Positions 1 to 13,600 of a stretch of DNA of 64,000 bases are shown piece after piece; position 1 is the first letter of the stretch; every line of letters begins with the position of its first letter. The notes below the pieces were generated by a model that worked only from the letters and a program-made list of their open reading frames with translations, made no database searches and had not been told where the DNA came from. The stretch comes from Phoronis australis (Eukaryota; Animalia; Phoronida). The position numbers were made by a program, and so were the translations under genes. The stretch is taken from positions 485,757 through 549,756 of the forward strand of contig NMRA01000291.1 of NCBI GenBank assembly GCA_002633005.1, read 5' to 3'.

Positions 1-11
1 TGGAGAATTAC

Positions 12-151
12 CCGCGCGAGACACACTCAAATCTTCGAGTTGAGGTAGCCCAGCCCACCAGGTAACCGGTTGAAAGCAACTGCATAATATCCAGCATCAC
101 TCCACGCGGCGTAATTGTTATGTGCCAGACAGTTTCAGTGGTAGGATGCTC
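12..151 (-). CDS. Possible further exon of the minus-strand gene (EHPTTETVWHITITPRGVMLDIMQLLSTGYLVGWATSTRRFECVSR)
   Basis: ctttttatctgacag acceptor, one open frame, GG|gtaatt donor; no recognisable homology. Confidence 0.3.
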
Positions 152-1059
152 CTGTCAGATAAAAAGTAATGGGGTACCAAAATTGAGCTAGACTAAAACA
201 AGAGGTAACCGCATAAATCGGTTGCAAAATATGCAACATAACCTATCTAACAGGAGTGAACACTCATGGGCGACGCACCACAGGGGGCTGGGGGGGGGGG
301 GGCTATAGCGCCCCACTTTTTTCAGTGCTGCGCCGCCCATTTTATGTGGCCGGTGCACCACAGGGGGGCTATATGTTTATTAATGACTTAGTAACGAGGT
401 TTTAATTAAGTGCAGTGCTTGTGACCTAGTTCTGAGTGAAATACCCTCTGACTTCAAGGGGGTAGACATTCCACAGCTCACCCAGGCCACTAAGCAAATT
501 ATACCATATGGCGCTCAGGGTCGAATGAGATAAACAAGAACAACTAGTTACCTTTCCATGCCCAAAATGCTTATATTATCCCGGTCTACTTGCTGTTATT
601 ATAATAGTCTTGGTCGAGTTACATTGCCCCAGGCATCTGATGTTTGTTTTCGATATAATCAGTCCATAAACACACTGGGGGCGACAACAGTAGTATTGAA
701 TTTTCGCTTTGAAAGTTTTTAAGATGCATATCCGAAAAGTTTTTTGAATTTTGAAAATCGGACAAGAAACGTGATTTTTACAACCTATTTTTTCTATAAG
801 CAAGACACATTACACTCGTCATTAATTCTGCTAGGTATGCAACATAATTGGACCAATTACCAAACCAACAGGTAGAGTTCGATTTTGAGGTAAGTTAAGT
901 GTCATCGTACAGTTCTTTGCATGCAACGCATGCATTCATGAGTTCCGACACTTAACTGAAGGATTCACTGTTTCTACCAAAACAAAAGGACATCAGTTTA
1001 CCTGTAATTTCTTTCCCGACAGCAAAGTGTCCAATTATAGTGGCATGTTTGCTATTTAA

Positions 1060-2684
1060 GGATACGTGTGCCCCTAAATGCTATGCTATATTTATGCTAA
1101 AAATTCAATACACTAGCCACTGTAAACCGACGAAAGTGTATATTTTCTGAATGTAGAAGTCAAAACAAATTCATCTATGTCGTCTACAACATTGTGCCAT
1201 TATTGTGGTCCCGTTAATCGGCGTTTCGGGTAAAAAAAGTTTTGTTTTTTGAAGGTACATCAATAACAAATTGATCCTTTAACCTTCATTATTAAGACGT
1301 AGGACAACAAAACTTTAGTAAATTTGCTCCAAAACCGTGTCTAAGATTTTTAGTAAAACGAACAGTTTTTTAATAAAAAAAATCACTGCAAATCACTTTT
1401 TCAAAAACAACGTGACTCTTAATCCTAAATCAAACATAAAAAATCAATGCAACCTTTAATCGAAAATCTGAGATACAGTTTTCGTATTGAATGGCTGTGC
1501 TGTCTGATACTCAAATACCGAGAAAATCTGTCGGCTCTTTTCGAAGAAATTGTGGTTCGAAGTTAGTCGCCTGGCACAAACAGCGAACATAGAAAAACTC
1601 CGTTTTGTGTGTTTTGACTTCGTATTTAGATTAAAACTGCTCGTGGTGGCTGTGACAGCTGATGAAATGTGCTCAAAGACACTTCCATGGGTTATGTTTT
1701 CGACAGTTACGTAAACTTTATGAGAATGGGAGTTTTTGCACATTTGCCAGTCAGAGAAATGAGTTGTGTCGCGTGACCGTTAGGTCACCGCGCCTACCAG
1801 CTAGAGCGTCAGTGAAAGTGATTGAAAGGTAGAATAATCGCGGACTGAGGAAGATGCCAGCGTCAAAGAAAGACGAAATTTAGAACTGGCTCGCAGAAAA
1901 GTATAGGTTGAAATTTCTGAACTCGGCTAAGATGTGTGCTGCATTTTCTCACTAGCTGATTAACTTTTTTACAGTTTAATTCTTAAGCTGCGCTACTGCC
2001 GGCCGGAGACTGGCGGTCCGGCCGACAGGCGTTTGCTCACGCAATGACATTTCTAAAAATAACTCACGATCTAAGTTTAGGTTTCGAGTATCACTTAGGA
2101 TCCATTGGGAATCCTACGGATAACGAAGGACAATATTTTAACACACACAAGTCGTCCCCCGAGTTCACAATAACGCCACTGCCAGAATTACGTAAGTTGT
2201 ATCACTTCATCTGACTAAACCATGATCTTCGTTAGTGATGCCGGGGTTATTTACTTGAGTGTCATGCACGTGTTGAAGTTGATAGGATTGTTTCTCGGTC
2301 GCTTTCTGCTAATTTTGCCTTCCAGTGGAACGACAATTCTTTCTTTCCTTTTCGTGTACGAATCATATTATCGGTATATCCGATGAACAATGAATGGTAC
2401 ACTGACCACGAACGGCGTCTTGAGGGATGGGCCTAGTCTACTTATGAACAACAGGGCTTTGCATTGTGGGACAAATTTGGCGCGAAATATAGTTTGATTG
2501 ACACATCGCAGGTAAACGAGTTTCTTGTTCTAGGAAGGGCTTTCGAAAAAACCGCAATTTTAAATAGAAAAAGGGAGTTGTAAGGGTAAACCAAAATATA
2601 TTTGAAATCTTCACACATTTTGCCACGAACAGAGGAAATATTTAAAAAACATCGAAATTTATTGAGATAGAGGTACACGTATCC
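1060..2684. mobile_element. Non-autonomous Kolobok-type DNA transposon
   Basis: TTAA|GGATACGTGTGCC ... GGTACACGTATCC|GTAA: terminal inverted repeats with GG/CC ends and a TTAA-like TSD. Confidence 0.7.
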
Positions 2685-3723
2685 GTAATGTGCGTGGGAA
2701 CAACGTCTGAGAGTGTGCTAAGAACGATAAGAAAATGAGTTTTGCTCTATTAAAGTGCAAACATAATCATATAATCTGAACAAGAGGTGTTGCTAAAACT
2801 AGAATATGAAAACTAGGAAGGGCTGATTTATCTGAAAAGTGTACCATGCACCAGATTTCTTCAATACACCTTATGTTTAATCTATGGACTTAGGAGAAAA
2901 GTAGTGATTTTTAACGTTGCTAGGTAACTACCTTGTGATTCTACTTTGGTGAATGTAATGCTGTTTGCTTTTGGACATCAGCGTCATTTTGTTAAAAAGT
3001 TAGCAGATTAAGCTGCACATCTCCACATGTAATGAGTTTGTGCATATAATTCTGCACCCACACACGTTACAGAGTGAGCAATTAAAAGTCTTCACAAAGT
3101 CGGTGCAACTTGTTTTCACGCGGGGAATCACTAGAGGAAATATGCTACACTTATTGAGTCAGTAACGCTGTTCCCCGTTCCCTGTACTTGTGTTCCCCAA
3201 TCGATTTTCCCTCACCTTGATGTTCCTCCTGACGCTATGCCACCCTGTCACGATGTTTTCTCGTCCCGATGTTCCACCTGCCCTATCTATCTTTACTGTA
3301 TGTCGGGAACCAATTTCTTTGTGTTAATCATCTAATCAATTGTTTTTTGAAGTTGAATATCCTACGAATGAAAAGATCGCGAGGATTGCGGCCGAATATA
3401 AGCCCTTTCAAGATGTGATTTTAATTCCCCGAGTAAGTTCACAAGAGAAAATCGCATATTGATATTGGCAAATTGTATTGTTTGGAACTACCTTTAAAAC
3501 TGCACAAACCCGTAGCTTGCTAAGCATGACTTGAATTACATTGGAGCAACTACCTGTCTAGCGAGTAATGACAACTCATTTTAATGTGCAGATAACACTA
3601 TCTTAAACGAAACAGTCTCAATCATGTGTTTTGTGTTGCTTGCAGCGCAAACTTAAAGAGTTCCCACCATGCATTTTTTAGTTTTTAAGCTCTCAGTTCG
3701 CTAATATGAAATGAGTATCTTAA

Positions 3724-6123
3724 GGGCCTTTCGCACTAACGGGGAGTTGCGGTCAGTATGAACGCTTAACTCTGGTCCTGGATCGCAGTTAACAGCTCCA
3801 GTTAACATCGCAATTAAGAGGTAAATTTAATAGCGCAGCGTCGACGCTACGGTGCAGTATGAACGCTTAACTTCGGTCCAATCGAAGTTATCGCCAGGTG
3901 CCGCTGTTATCGTCAACAGTTACAGGGTAGTGCCGTCACTAATAGCTGCTTATATTTTGCTCTAATAATAACCAATCGATTTAAAAATAAGTTTAATGTC
4001 ACTTAGCATATGTAAATGTTTCCAAATTGAAACATTGAAGAAGAATCTTAGCTTGCAACGTTACCTTGCGATTAACTTCGATGACGACAGCGGCACCAAC
4101 CGCTTGCTTCATTAACTACCGAAGCCAGTATGAACGGTCCAGTTAAAAGAGAATGCCACCCGATTTAATTAGTCTTTTTTACCGTGTTAATCGGTCCATA
4201 TACACATCGCCTCTTATACGGTCGACCTCACCTTGCCGAGAGGTGTCGCGTTAACCTGTGAGGAAGGTGAGAAACGACGCAGCGACGTCAGTGGTTCGTC
4301 TGCAGAGTGAATGCCGCTATATTGCGGTGCATCGTTCCCGTTTGTCCGAACTATGAAGCTGCGAAAAAAGCGTGTATATCATTTTTTCGACTTCCTCGAG
4401 AGTCCGAAATGCTTAGGAAGTGGCTCGCGGTAGTGAAGAACGAAAGGTACACTGTTAATAGCAAGTATGAGACCGTGAAACATTTCCATGTCGACAATGA
4501 TTTCTCTGACGAATTCCGGCTTACCAAAGAACTATCCATGCGTTCCGTTGCCTGTGCATGTTCACGGCGTCTCTCTAGTATTTCTTGATCAGTGTATTCC
4601 GGTTCGAACTGATAGCCTATGAATAACGATCCGACCCGTGAAGTCTTCGTCGGATGAGCTCTTGACTAAGTCGGGATTGGCGCCGGGCGAGTTGCCATGT
4701 AGATGTTTATTATTCTGCGTTCTGTTTCAAAATGAATTATTCTCATCCTAACCAATGCTTGTATGAAACTGGAACAAAGTCTGTATCATTAGTTACAATT
4801 TGTTATTCCTTGAGTGCTGGTGACTCGTGAGTGCAAATGATTTGAGAAGCCAGCAATGAATAAACCACTGAGTTACCGGCTGTTGATGCCGGCAACAAAG
4901 GCAATTGACCGGACACCGAGGCCGTCTGAGCGCATGCTAATTCAGGGTTTAACAGAAAGCTGTTATGAAACACTCGATTTTATATACTATGGTCACATGT
5001 TGGGGGAATCTTTATTTCGAAATACAAATACATTATTCAAATCATTGTTACAACCGGTCCTGACGGTCTGTGGACGGGGAACCCGACTTCCAGTCGCGGC
5101 CCCGACAAGTATTTTAAGTAGATTTTCACTTTCTTGGCTAATTCACAAAAATAATATACGTGCACATTATTTCTTTGACTCACTATTGTAGTCTTTTCGT
5201 GACTGGAGGTTTAGTTTCCAACTCAAGCTGGTTTATGTTCGTACCAGTCCCGGCGGCCGCGACGGGCCTGATCGGGTTTCGAGCCAGTGGCCGGGATAAC
5301 AAGCGTTTTGTGTGTTTATAACTCAAAAATACAAGTGTAAAAAAACACAGTATCGAGGTTCTCCTGTCTTTATTTCACTGAAGAATACTTCTAACTTATC
5401 TCCGAACAGACACCAAACTCCTGCTACGGACCTTGCATGACGGCGACATCCCGTTGCTCCCAACTTGTTCGATTGTATAGCCCAACAACAAGTTGGGAAG
5501 TTTACCCCAGTAGTCAATTAACTCCATTCTGGTGTTGGTCGTTGGAGGGCCTGTGCTCTTTTGTTTGATAATTGCTCTAATCTCCGATCAGATCGTATCT
5601 AGCCTGACTGGGGTGGGCTGATAAAAATGAAAGTTAAGTTAAGCCAGATATTATCGCACGTTCAGCACCCCTCACGTCTGGAAAAGTTACTGAACGACAG
5701 GACGCTGTAATGGTAAATTGGCCTGCCGAACTTTGTAGGCTACGGTGTGTCCAAATACCAGTAAATCCGTAAAAGCGAAATAAAACAACACGTTCTTATA
5801 AGAACTCGATGTATTTTTAAGGGTTTTACATCGCAGTTTGATGATTTATTGGTGTTAAACGATGAATTCAAACGATAAGCTGACACCACTAACCCGTGTT
5901 GTGAACTGCTGAACCGGCAGACTGCGTGTGAAACTAATTACGTCATTGGATAAGTTTAACACCTCCGTTCACCGTCAGGTGTCAGGTAACGCAACCGAAC
6001 GTGCCGTTATCAAGTAGAACCACTCGATCTAAATTGATAAAAAATACGGTGGCATTCTCCTTTAGCTGCGCTGTTTTCGTCGACGCTCCGCTCAGACCGG
6101 AGTTAAGTCAATATGAAAGGGCC
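3724..6123. mobile_element. Decayed PIF/Harbinger-like element containing a THAP-domain remnant
   Basis: TAA|GGGCCTTTCGCACTAAC ... GTCAATATGAAAGGGCC|TAT ends; repeated subterminal CAGTATGAACG motifs. Confidence 0.6.
4307..4588 (+). pseudogene. THAP zinc-finger remnant
   Basis: CIVPVC...SFFRLP...W...HF pattern; the third Cys and the AVPT box are lost. Confidence 0.7.
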
Positions 6124-8182
6124 TATATACTTGAACTAAATAAGCATTTTTTATGCCACGTAGTCGCGAAGTTTTTTAATGTTGAAGAAAATTCAGTTAT
6201 TTCCAAGTTTCCCGCCAAATGATGTAATGAGTGGAACACGTTTAGGTCGTTTAGCTAATTAACAACCAAGTGCAATGGCGGAACATCGGAGATAAGACGA
6301 GGACGATTTTGAGCGAGAACTGGATAATTATTAAGCAGACAGAGAGGAGAGTGGATGAGTCCAGTGGCGGATTTAGAGGGGGGCCAAGTTGACCATGCCC
6401 CCCCCTAAAATTCTCCCAGATTACATTTGGCAGTTCGTGGGTGCAAATGTTTGACAGGAAAAGTAATGGCTAATATTCTGCCCTGGGCCCTCCTAACTCA
6501 AAATCCTGGATCCGCTCCTGCATAACACTCAAGTACTTGAAGAATCGGACAATGAACTCGATTTCCCACTTAGCGAACTTTCGTCGGCTTTGAGGCCGTA
6601 ATCCTGAACTCAACCCACTTGCACGAAAAATTCTGCAGACATATGTCACCCATGACCAACTGACCCAAGGGATGGTCATCAATATTCACAAAACAGACAC
6701 TTAATAATCACTAGCAAAGGCCACACTACACCTGGGTCACTCGTATTCACTATTGCCATGATAGAATGAACACGGCACGGTCTTAACGCAATCTATAAGC
6801 TGACGTGTCGTAGCACTCGCTATATGGGCCGAGGTCGAGGGCCTGGCATCACTCGCCCCAGAATGGAAGCAGTTTGTTCGTTATTAATAAAATCTTCAAA
6901 TACACTTACAAGGTGGCGAGTCCTTCATTGTAACGCCGCTCTTGTGGTTGAAACACGATTCTTTGAAATGTGTCGAACAAAATGTGGGTCCCGACTGAAT
7001 CGCATGTTCCACAGTGACGTTTTACACTCTCGTGCAGCGCAAAAACTGCAACTTTCACGTATTTAGGAAATTTGAACAGAGACGTTCTCACTCAAGTTGC
7101 TGTAACTACAGCCTTCACAAACGTACCTTTTCATGTCTGAAAAAGGCCACACTGGTAAAAACAAGAACGGTGGAGATGGTCTTCCACCCATTACGTATCA
7201 CCCCGTTAACATAAAAATATATATTTTATTTTTTTGGGTTGTTTTTTAGCACCAGGTGTACTAAAGGCTGTTAAATCTTTTAAGATGTATTGATAAAATT
7301 CTTTTTGAGTTTTGAGTTACAAGGTTATTGGGGGAACTGTTTAATCGGGTACAGGCAAGCAAGCTCGGACAATTTTCCTTATCAGTTAAGCAGTGACAAT
7401 CAATTTAAGTTTGGCGTGCGTAAACCCCCGATTTTAAAGATTCCAGGAACGATTTCGATTACTGTTTGTGTTTTACATATTTATTGAATCACCGATTCTT
7501 GAAATGTGTAGTTTTGATATATACCTTGATAGGCACAGCTGTTTATTTAACATGATGACCCAGCTCGCAATCCTCTATTAACTCTGTCCGTGACATTAGA
7601 TGCATTATGAATGATTATCGTTGACCGAAATTAAATTCTGACGCCTCCTGCTTAACTTTGAGCATACTAGTGGCCAGGGTATCTTGACCTATCTTTTACG
7701 GTGGCAGAAGTCAATGCAAATTGCATGTAATGGAGATTTTACAGTAAAGAATGGTGAACGGATACTGAGCGACCAATGGGATAGCACAGACCCAAACATA
7801 AATATGCACGAGCACTTAAAAATCTCAATCGATATAATGGACTTGCTTAGTGTTAAAGGGATTCTGAGACAAAAACGCACTTGGTAAAACAATCCAACTA
7901 TGTTCACCTAGGCTCATACACCTGAAGTGCCCCAAAATATCTCCTTTTAAATGGATAAATTAAACGAATGAGTAAGGTGAAAATCTGGACGGGGGAGATT
8001 TGGCACGGGGTGATATCGGGAAAGGGATACATAAGTTGGGAAACGATTGGACGGGAGACTATAGGGAACGAGGAACAGAGGTCCGACTCCCAATTATTCA
8101 ACAAAATCCGTTTTATAGTAATAGAATAACGCATTCAGAAATACTCCCTGTCAACTTCGACAACACTTGTTTCACTGCTTAC

Positions 8183-8362
8183 CCTTTTCAGCGTCTTGGT
8201 CAACATTTTTATCACTAATTATAGTGTCAGTTCGCGTTTCCACGGCAGACCCTGACAAAACAGTTGTCATTTCAGATGAGCTTTTGGTACCAAGGATGTT
8301 GCTTGTTATTGTTTTTTGAGCACTAACTTTGCTTGCGGCGCCCTCCATTCTGACAGCGTCAC
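8183..8362 (-). CDS. Exon of an unidentified minus-strand gene (..DAVRMEGAASKVSAQKTITSNILGTKSSSEMTTVLSGSAVETRTDTIISDKNVDQDAEK)
   Basis: tgtttttcag acceptor, G|gtaagc donor, 180 nt fully open, S/T-rich peptide; ATG at 8348. Confidence 0.6.
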
Positions 8363-8715
8363 CTGAAAAACATACGCAGTGCAGGTAATAATGAGTGCAT
8401 TGATGTCAGATGTTTATTAAAGGAGTTCTCTACAGAAGTATTAGAATGTAGTGACCAACTTCTTGGGGTTGTATATTAAGGTTTACTGACGTATATGACT
8501 GTCAGGAGTAGACAGGTACTGGTTGTAGCTCCACAACTTTTATTTGACTTATCTATTTGGTGCTACCAGCTAGCGTTTGACTGACACTACCTGTTTTTTT
8601 CAGGCCAGCGATAATGTAGTTGTTTACAACAGACTGTCTGAGAACCAGTTGGTAAACATTAACCATCCAGTCCGATAAATCTCAGCAAAAAATTTAAAAC
8701 GAATGTTGCATTTAT

Positions 8716-8813
8716 ATTTCAACTGAGCGTCGTTGCGTCCTCATCGCGAGGACACCACGGCAGTTGCAAATGAAAGTCCTCGCGATGAGGACGCAACGTT
8801 GTTCAGTTGAAAT
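8716..8813. repeat. Short hairpin / mini-MITE (about 37-bp arms, 22-nt spacer)
   Basis: TTTCAACTGAGCGTCGTTGCGTCCTCATCGCGAGGAC vs GTCCTCGCGATGAGGACGCAACGTTGTTCAGTTGAAA. Confidence 0.85.
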
Positions 8814-10008
8814 TTGTCCAATATTAAGTTTGTTGCCGACTATCTGAGAACTTTCTGGTAGAGGCCAGCATTTAAGTGAGGGACATAAGAGCTATAGTTT
8901 GGAACGTTCTAGGGTCTTGCATATATTTGTAGTGTGATTGGGTAGATTCTAAAAGTTTGACAATGAGTCCGAAATGGTGAAAAGTTAACCATTACATTAT
9001 AAGGAGGAGGAGGAGGCAAAACATCGGGTTGCAGCCGCTCCTCAATGGAAATGGGTCAGAATGAGGGCAATGTGGGTCTGGGAGTATCATTCGGTGAGCA
9101 GTTACTACAGGCCGAAGGCGTGACTTTGGCGATTTCATAAAGGTGATTCAACAAAACCAGGTTTCAACCTGAAGCCTGTTCTTTTCAAACCTGGTCTAAG
9201 TTTAAGCCTAAGTTGCATTTCACCATTGACTAGTCCCACGGAGCGACAACTCCGTATATTTTAGTGGACCGCGAAATTTTACGCGTAAGCTGTTACGTCA
9301 TTATTCGCTAGCAACACCTGGTCAAATTATCAAGTTTTATTTCGGGCAAGTACGTTGTCCACTAATCATGTTCGGCTATTTTGTGGTCCGGGGTGGTAGT
9401 AGCATTGCTAAAAGTACTCACGATACCAACAGTTCTACTATTAGAAGACTTTAAACAGCGTTTCAATGGCAAAAAAAATTTTTTTCGTTGTTACAGTACC
9501 GGACAGTAAAATAGGCGCGAGAATTTTCCGTCACAATACCGTAAGACTAACCGGAAACTGAAACAGATAATTTAGGACTTAGTCTCCTGCACAGACCCTC
9601 GAGGTTGGTTGGGGTCTGCTACAGGGCACTTTTCCATCCGCATTCTTGGAATATCATTGGCTGTTCCGATTTCAAGAAATAAGGCATTCTATTGGGCAGT
9701 TGTATGTTAACATGTTCATGTACGTTATGTACGTGATTACCGGGAAGGTTGAATAGCTCATTTGCGAGTTTCTCGTTAGTCAATGTGACGTCACCGGAAA
9801 AGGGGCAAAACCCGCCATATTGCTCTTGTTTGGCCCCGAGTCTTTGCTACACACGCTAAATTTTTCTGGAGTTGTTATGGTGAATTTTACGCTTAAAACG
9901 TAAACACAACTTAAAAGATGGTAGATGGATCGTGGAATAACTGTGAATGGACGATGAAAATGTGAACTTGTTATGTTGTGCGAAGCTGTGAACGACTGCG
10001 GGAACTCA

Positions 10009-10169
10009 ACCCGGCGTGCGTTCAGTAGACGCTAGGACCTACGATAGGACCTAGCTAAAACCTAGTCAAAGTCACGTGTTCTCATTCGAAATACACGGCA
10101 ATATCTCACGTAATCTCGCGAAGTCTTGCTTTTTAGCGAGGTCCTAGCGTTACTGAACGGGAGGCAGGT
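10009..10169. mobile_element. MITE; second copy at about 15854-15980
   Basis: CGTTCAGTAGACGCTAGGACCT / AGGTCCTAGCGTTACTGAACG inverted ends; about 125 bp nearly identical at 15854-15980. Confidence 0.75.
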
Positions 10170-10359
10170 CTAGGCCTGAATGCCGCACTGCAGGCATACA
10201 GGGGCGATAGTTTATCCCCATAAAAAGTTACTCACTTCAAAATACAGCAAATAAAATCAAATGAAACATGCATATGTGCACATGGAGTTATAACTAATTA
10301 ACACATATCCTGACTCTGGATACAATTTAGTCTACAAATAACTTGAATCTATCCATGAA

Positions 10360-10600
10360 AACCTCGCGGTTCCCTCAAGTTTCTCTCACAGGGCGCCATC
10401 TTGAGGAAGTTACGTGAAATCACGAACAATAAGACCAAGGAACATAAATCTTACAAATTCACTTGATATGTTCTCATGTTATTTTGCAAGTGTCACGCGC
10501 CACGTCTCGAGCTTCACTCAGTCTCGCGCTAGCCTTTGCCTCATACTCACGTGACCAGTTGAACTACTTTGTGGTTATCGCGCGCGCGGTTTAAGTTAAC
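10360..10600 (-). promoter_or_regulatory. Candidate promoter/first exon of the left-hand minus-strand gene
   Basis: CAAGATGGCGCC (YY1/initiator-like, contains ATG) at about 10392-10403, TCACGTGA E-box, TCTCGCG motif and CpG enrichment. Confidence 0.4.
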
Positions 10601-13600
10601 AGTAACCACAATGTGGAGTTGGAATTCTTCGCCAAAGTCACCTGAATTCCCATAGCTATGCTTCACCAAAGATATGTTTAGAAGCAGAAAGGACCACTGG
10701 AGAAAATAAGCGCCTTTTTAGGTGATAATTTTAGATATAGAATGTATTTTTGACATGGTGAAAACTTAATCAGTGAGCGGATTTCGCCTATCGCCCGCTT
10801 AAAATACACGAAACAAAATTAGTACAAAACGCGATAGAACGTATTGTAGTGCGAATCTGAATTTCATTTGCCACAACAGCAATATTTGTTTGGCATTTTT
10901 CGAACTAAACGGCCAAAAAGTGGAAGAAAATAACAGAATACACTCTGCTAACGTATTGGGCAAATGAGCCAAACAACAAGCTTTCGCCCCACTTCCCGTG
11001 ACGTCACTATTAAGTCTCACGTAATCTCGCGTTATTGTTATAAACTCGCAAAAGGACTATTGGCCAATGGGTCAGATAAGTTATGCTGAAATACTGCTAT
11101 TCATGACATATTGACATTGTCATTGTAATGTATAATACACTGGCACACTTGTCACTACCCACAGAAGTTAGGAGCATAAAAATATAGTCAATGGTCCTAA
11201 ACATACAAACATTAACCAGTCTAGCAATAGTTTTATAATGACTGGCATCGCTTTTGTCGGAGCCATTCAGCAGTGCCTCTGACTGCCATCCTACAGTCGT
11301 ACGGAGTATTCAGTTATTTCGGAGGGTGTTTGCTGCTGTGAAATTATTTTATACACACTCTTTTGTATAGTCAGCACGATAAAACCTCACCCTTTTTGAG
11401 TTGGCACAGTGATTAAAACTGACCCATTTTGGTGAGAGCCTCAATGGAAGAGTCAACTTTTCTGATAACATAATTATGCAAAGTTATTATTTACAGAGAA
11501 TTGAGTTTCAGCAAAAAACTCTCTGGGTTGTATTCTTTTTAAAACAACAAACCTCAGTTGCATCTGAAACCTTCAGTGGTTTTGGTGCTAAAATGGATTA
11601 TTTTATACAGTTCCTACCAAAAAGTAAATATTTTTGTGTGGAATTTATTTGGAAATTCACCCTTTCGTGGTGACTTTTGCAATGCCCAAGTCACTAGTCA
11701 GAGTATCACATTTAGTCGTATGAAATCTATGCAAGTCTCCTCTCTCTTGGACCCCGACTCGTCGACTGTTTCATTTTTTCTTTCCAAGTTCACATGATGT
11801 CAAGTGTTGTAGAGTTTGCAACAATCGTCTATTAATTTCAGTCTAATTGCTAAACAAGATCTCAGAACCATTCTTAAACATTCTGAAACTACTAAGGTTC
11901 GCTGTAATCAAAGCATTCTCGAGTTAGACATTGTACGCAAGCGAACTTTAAAAACCTGGTTCGTTAAAATGACTACTAGTTGCAAAACCATCTCACATTT
12001 TAAAATTGGGAGCTCAGGGTACCGTACTTCAAAGATTTTAAGCTGGGTCACTAAACCCAAATCGACGGTTTCTTGTGCGTTACTTGGGTTGGATTGTTAT
12101 CCAGGCAGTCACTCACTGGCAATCCAAATTTTGAGAACAAGTTTTAACGACTGCTATTCAGTGAAAAACAGGTTCCTGTTATACAGTAAAAAACACTGGT
12201 TCTCAAAGTGGGGGTGCCCTGTATGTTACTATTACCATTATGTTTTGCTCAATGTTTTGAGCAACATGCTAGTGTTTCATTCTTGTGGTTATGATCTACA
12301 TAATACAGCAGTGATTTTAGTCAACATTTCGGTCTTTTCGAACAGTTTTCAAAATTACAAATTTGACTCTTACTGAGGGGATCTCCTCGTGGCAAGAGTT
12401 GGGCAGTGTGAAATGCTTCAGAACATTCGCACTGGCAAACACCCTCACGTTGACATCATTAATGTGTTCCTAGAAATAGTATACTCATAAGCTACAAAAC
12501 ACACAACATGCCAAGAAAATTATCTAACCATCGGCAACATTATTTTGCTGATGTATTGATTACAAATATGGTTTAGTTTAGGGATAGACTGAAGTGCTAA
12601 GTATGAGCATTAACATAGCTGTGGGCGCACAACAGGGCTATCCCCTCCTCTTGCAAACCCTTCCCCTGATAGAAACTCATTCCAGTTTTGTTCATGTCTA
12701 GCTTCTCTGTCCCCTGTTCATGCAGTGCCTCCAAGTTGCCTCACATTACAGTCATTGGTTGCCAACAATTTCAAGTTTAGCAACCTCTTGAATAATTCTG
12801 ACTACACCAGTGTTGCTACATGGGAATAGGTTACTAAAGACCGGACTGGCATTCAAGTTGCACATTCACTGCCTTGTGAAAGCATAAACCATTATAAAAT
12901 TAACAACTGGGCCCTGGGATTCAACTTTTTACTCAGAATTATTTTTGTTATTTTCTATTCTAGTTTTGTTTGAATTCGAGATAAGTTTCTTTTATTCTAT
13001 ACTTGAGTACTTATTGATGGCAATTAATGATCCCTGTATTACAGCTAAAAATTTGACTCTGAGTTCGAGGTTTTACTAGAAATCTTGAGTTTTTACTCAA
13101 ATTTTAGCTATCTTGATCTCGCAAGGACGTGGACTAGAAGTGACAAAAACAATTTTGAGTTTGATTTGGATTGAAAGTTTCACTCCGACTACAGGTGTAT
13201 TCCCAAAACATGATCGCATAATCCCTTTTCAAGGTTTTAAATCAATCCATACAAGACTGGGCTAGAATCTGTTTAGCACAAAAAGCAATAAATGCTATGT
13301 GGAGAATAATAAAACATCTGTACTAAACTGTGTTGAAAAAATGAACCCTTTTGACATTCCTTATCCACAAACTGTACCATTTTTCAAGCTGCTATTTACC
13401 TAAACTCTTTTTAGAACTGTCATGTAAGAACATACGATTGGTCTGGTACAAACAATGTTGTTTTTGGCCAAATTAGTAGCAAAAATCCCAAGCACTCACA
13501 TGAAGATTGGCATTGGATTTGGATATTAGTGTCTGATGTCAATCTTCCTGTGTGTGCTCGTGATTAAACTCTTGATCTTGTACTGTTCCTTACTGAGATT

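Noticed and set aside
5323-5517. ORF vaguely like a Harbinger transposase C-terminus
   Set aside because: Similarity too weak to support without a profile search.
11816-12376. 186-aa ORF
   Set aside because: TTG start, no recognisable domain or supporting splice structure, composition typical of non-coding DNA.
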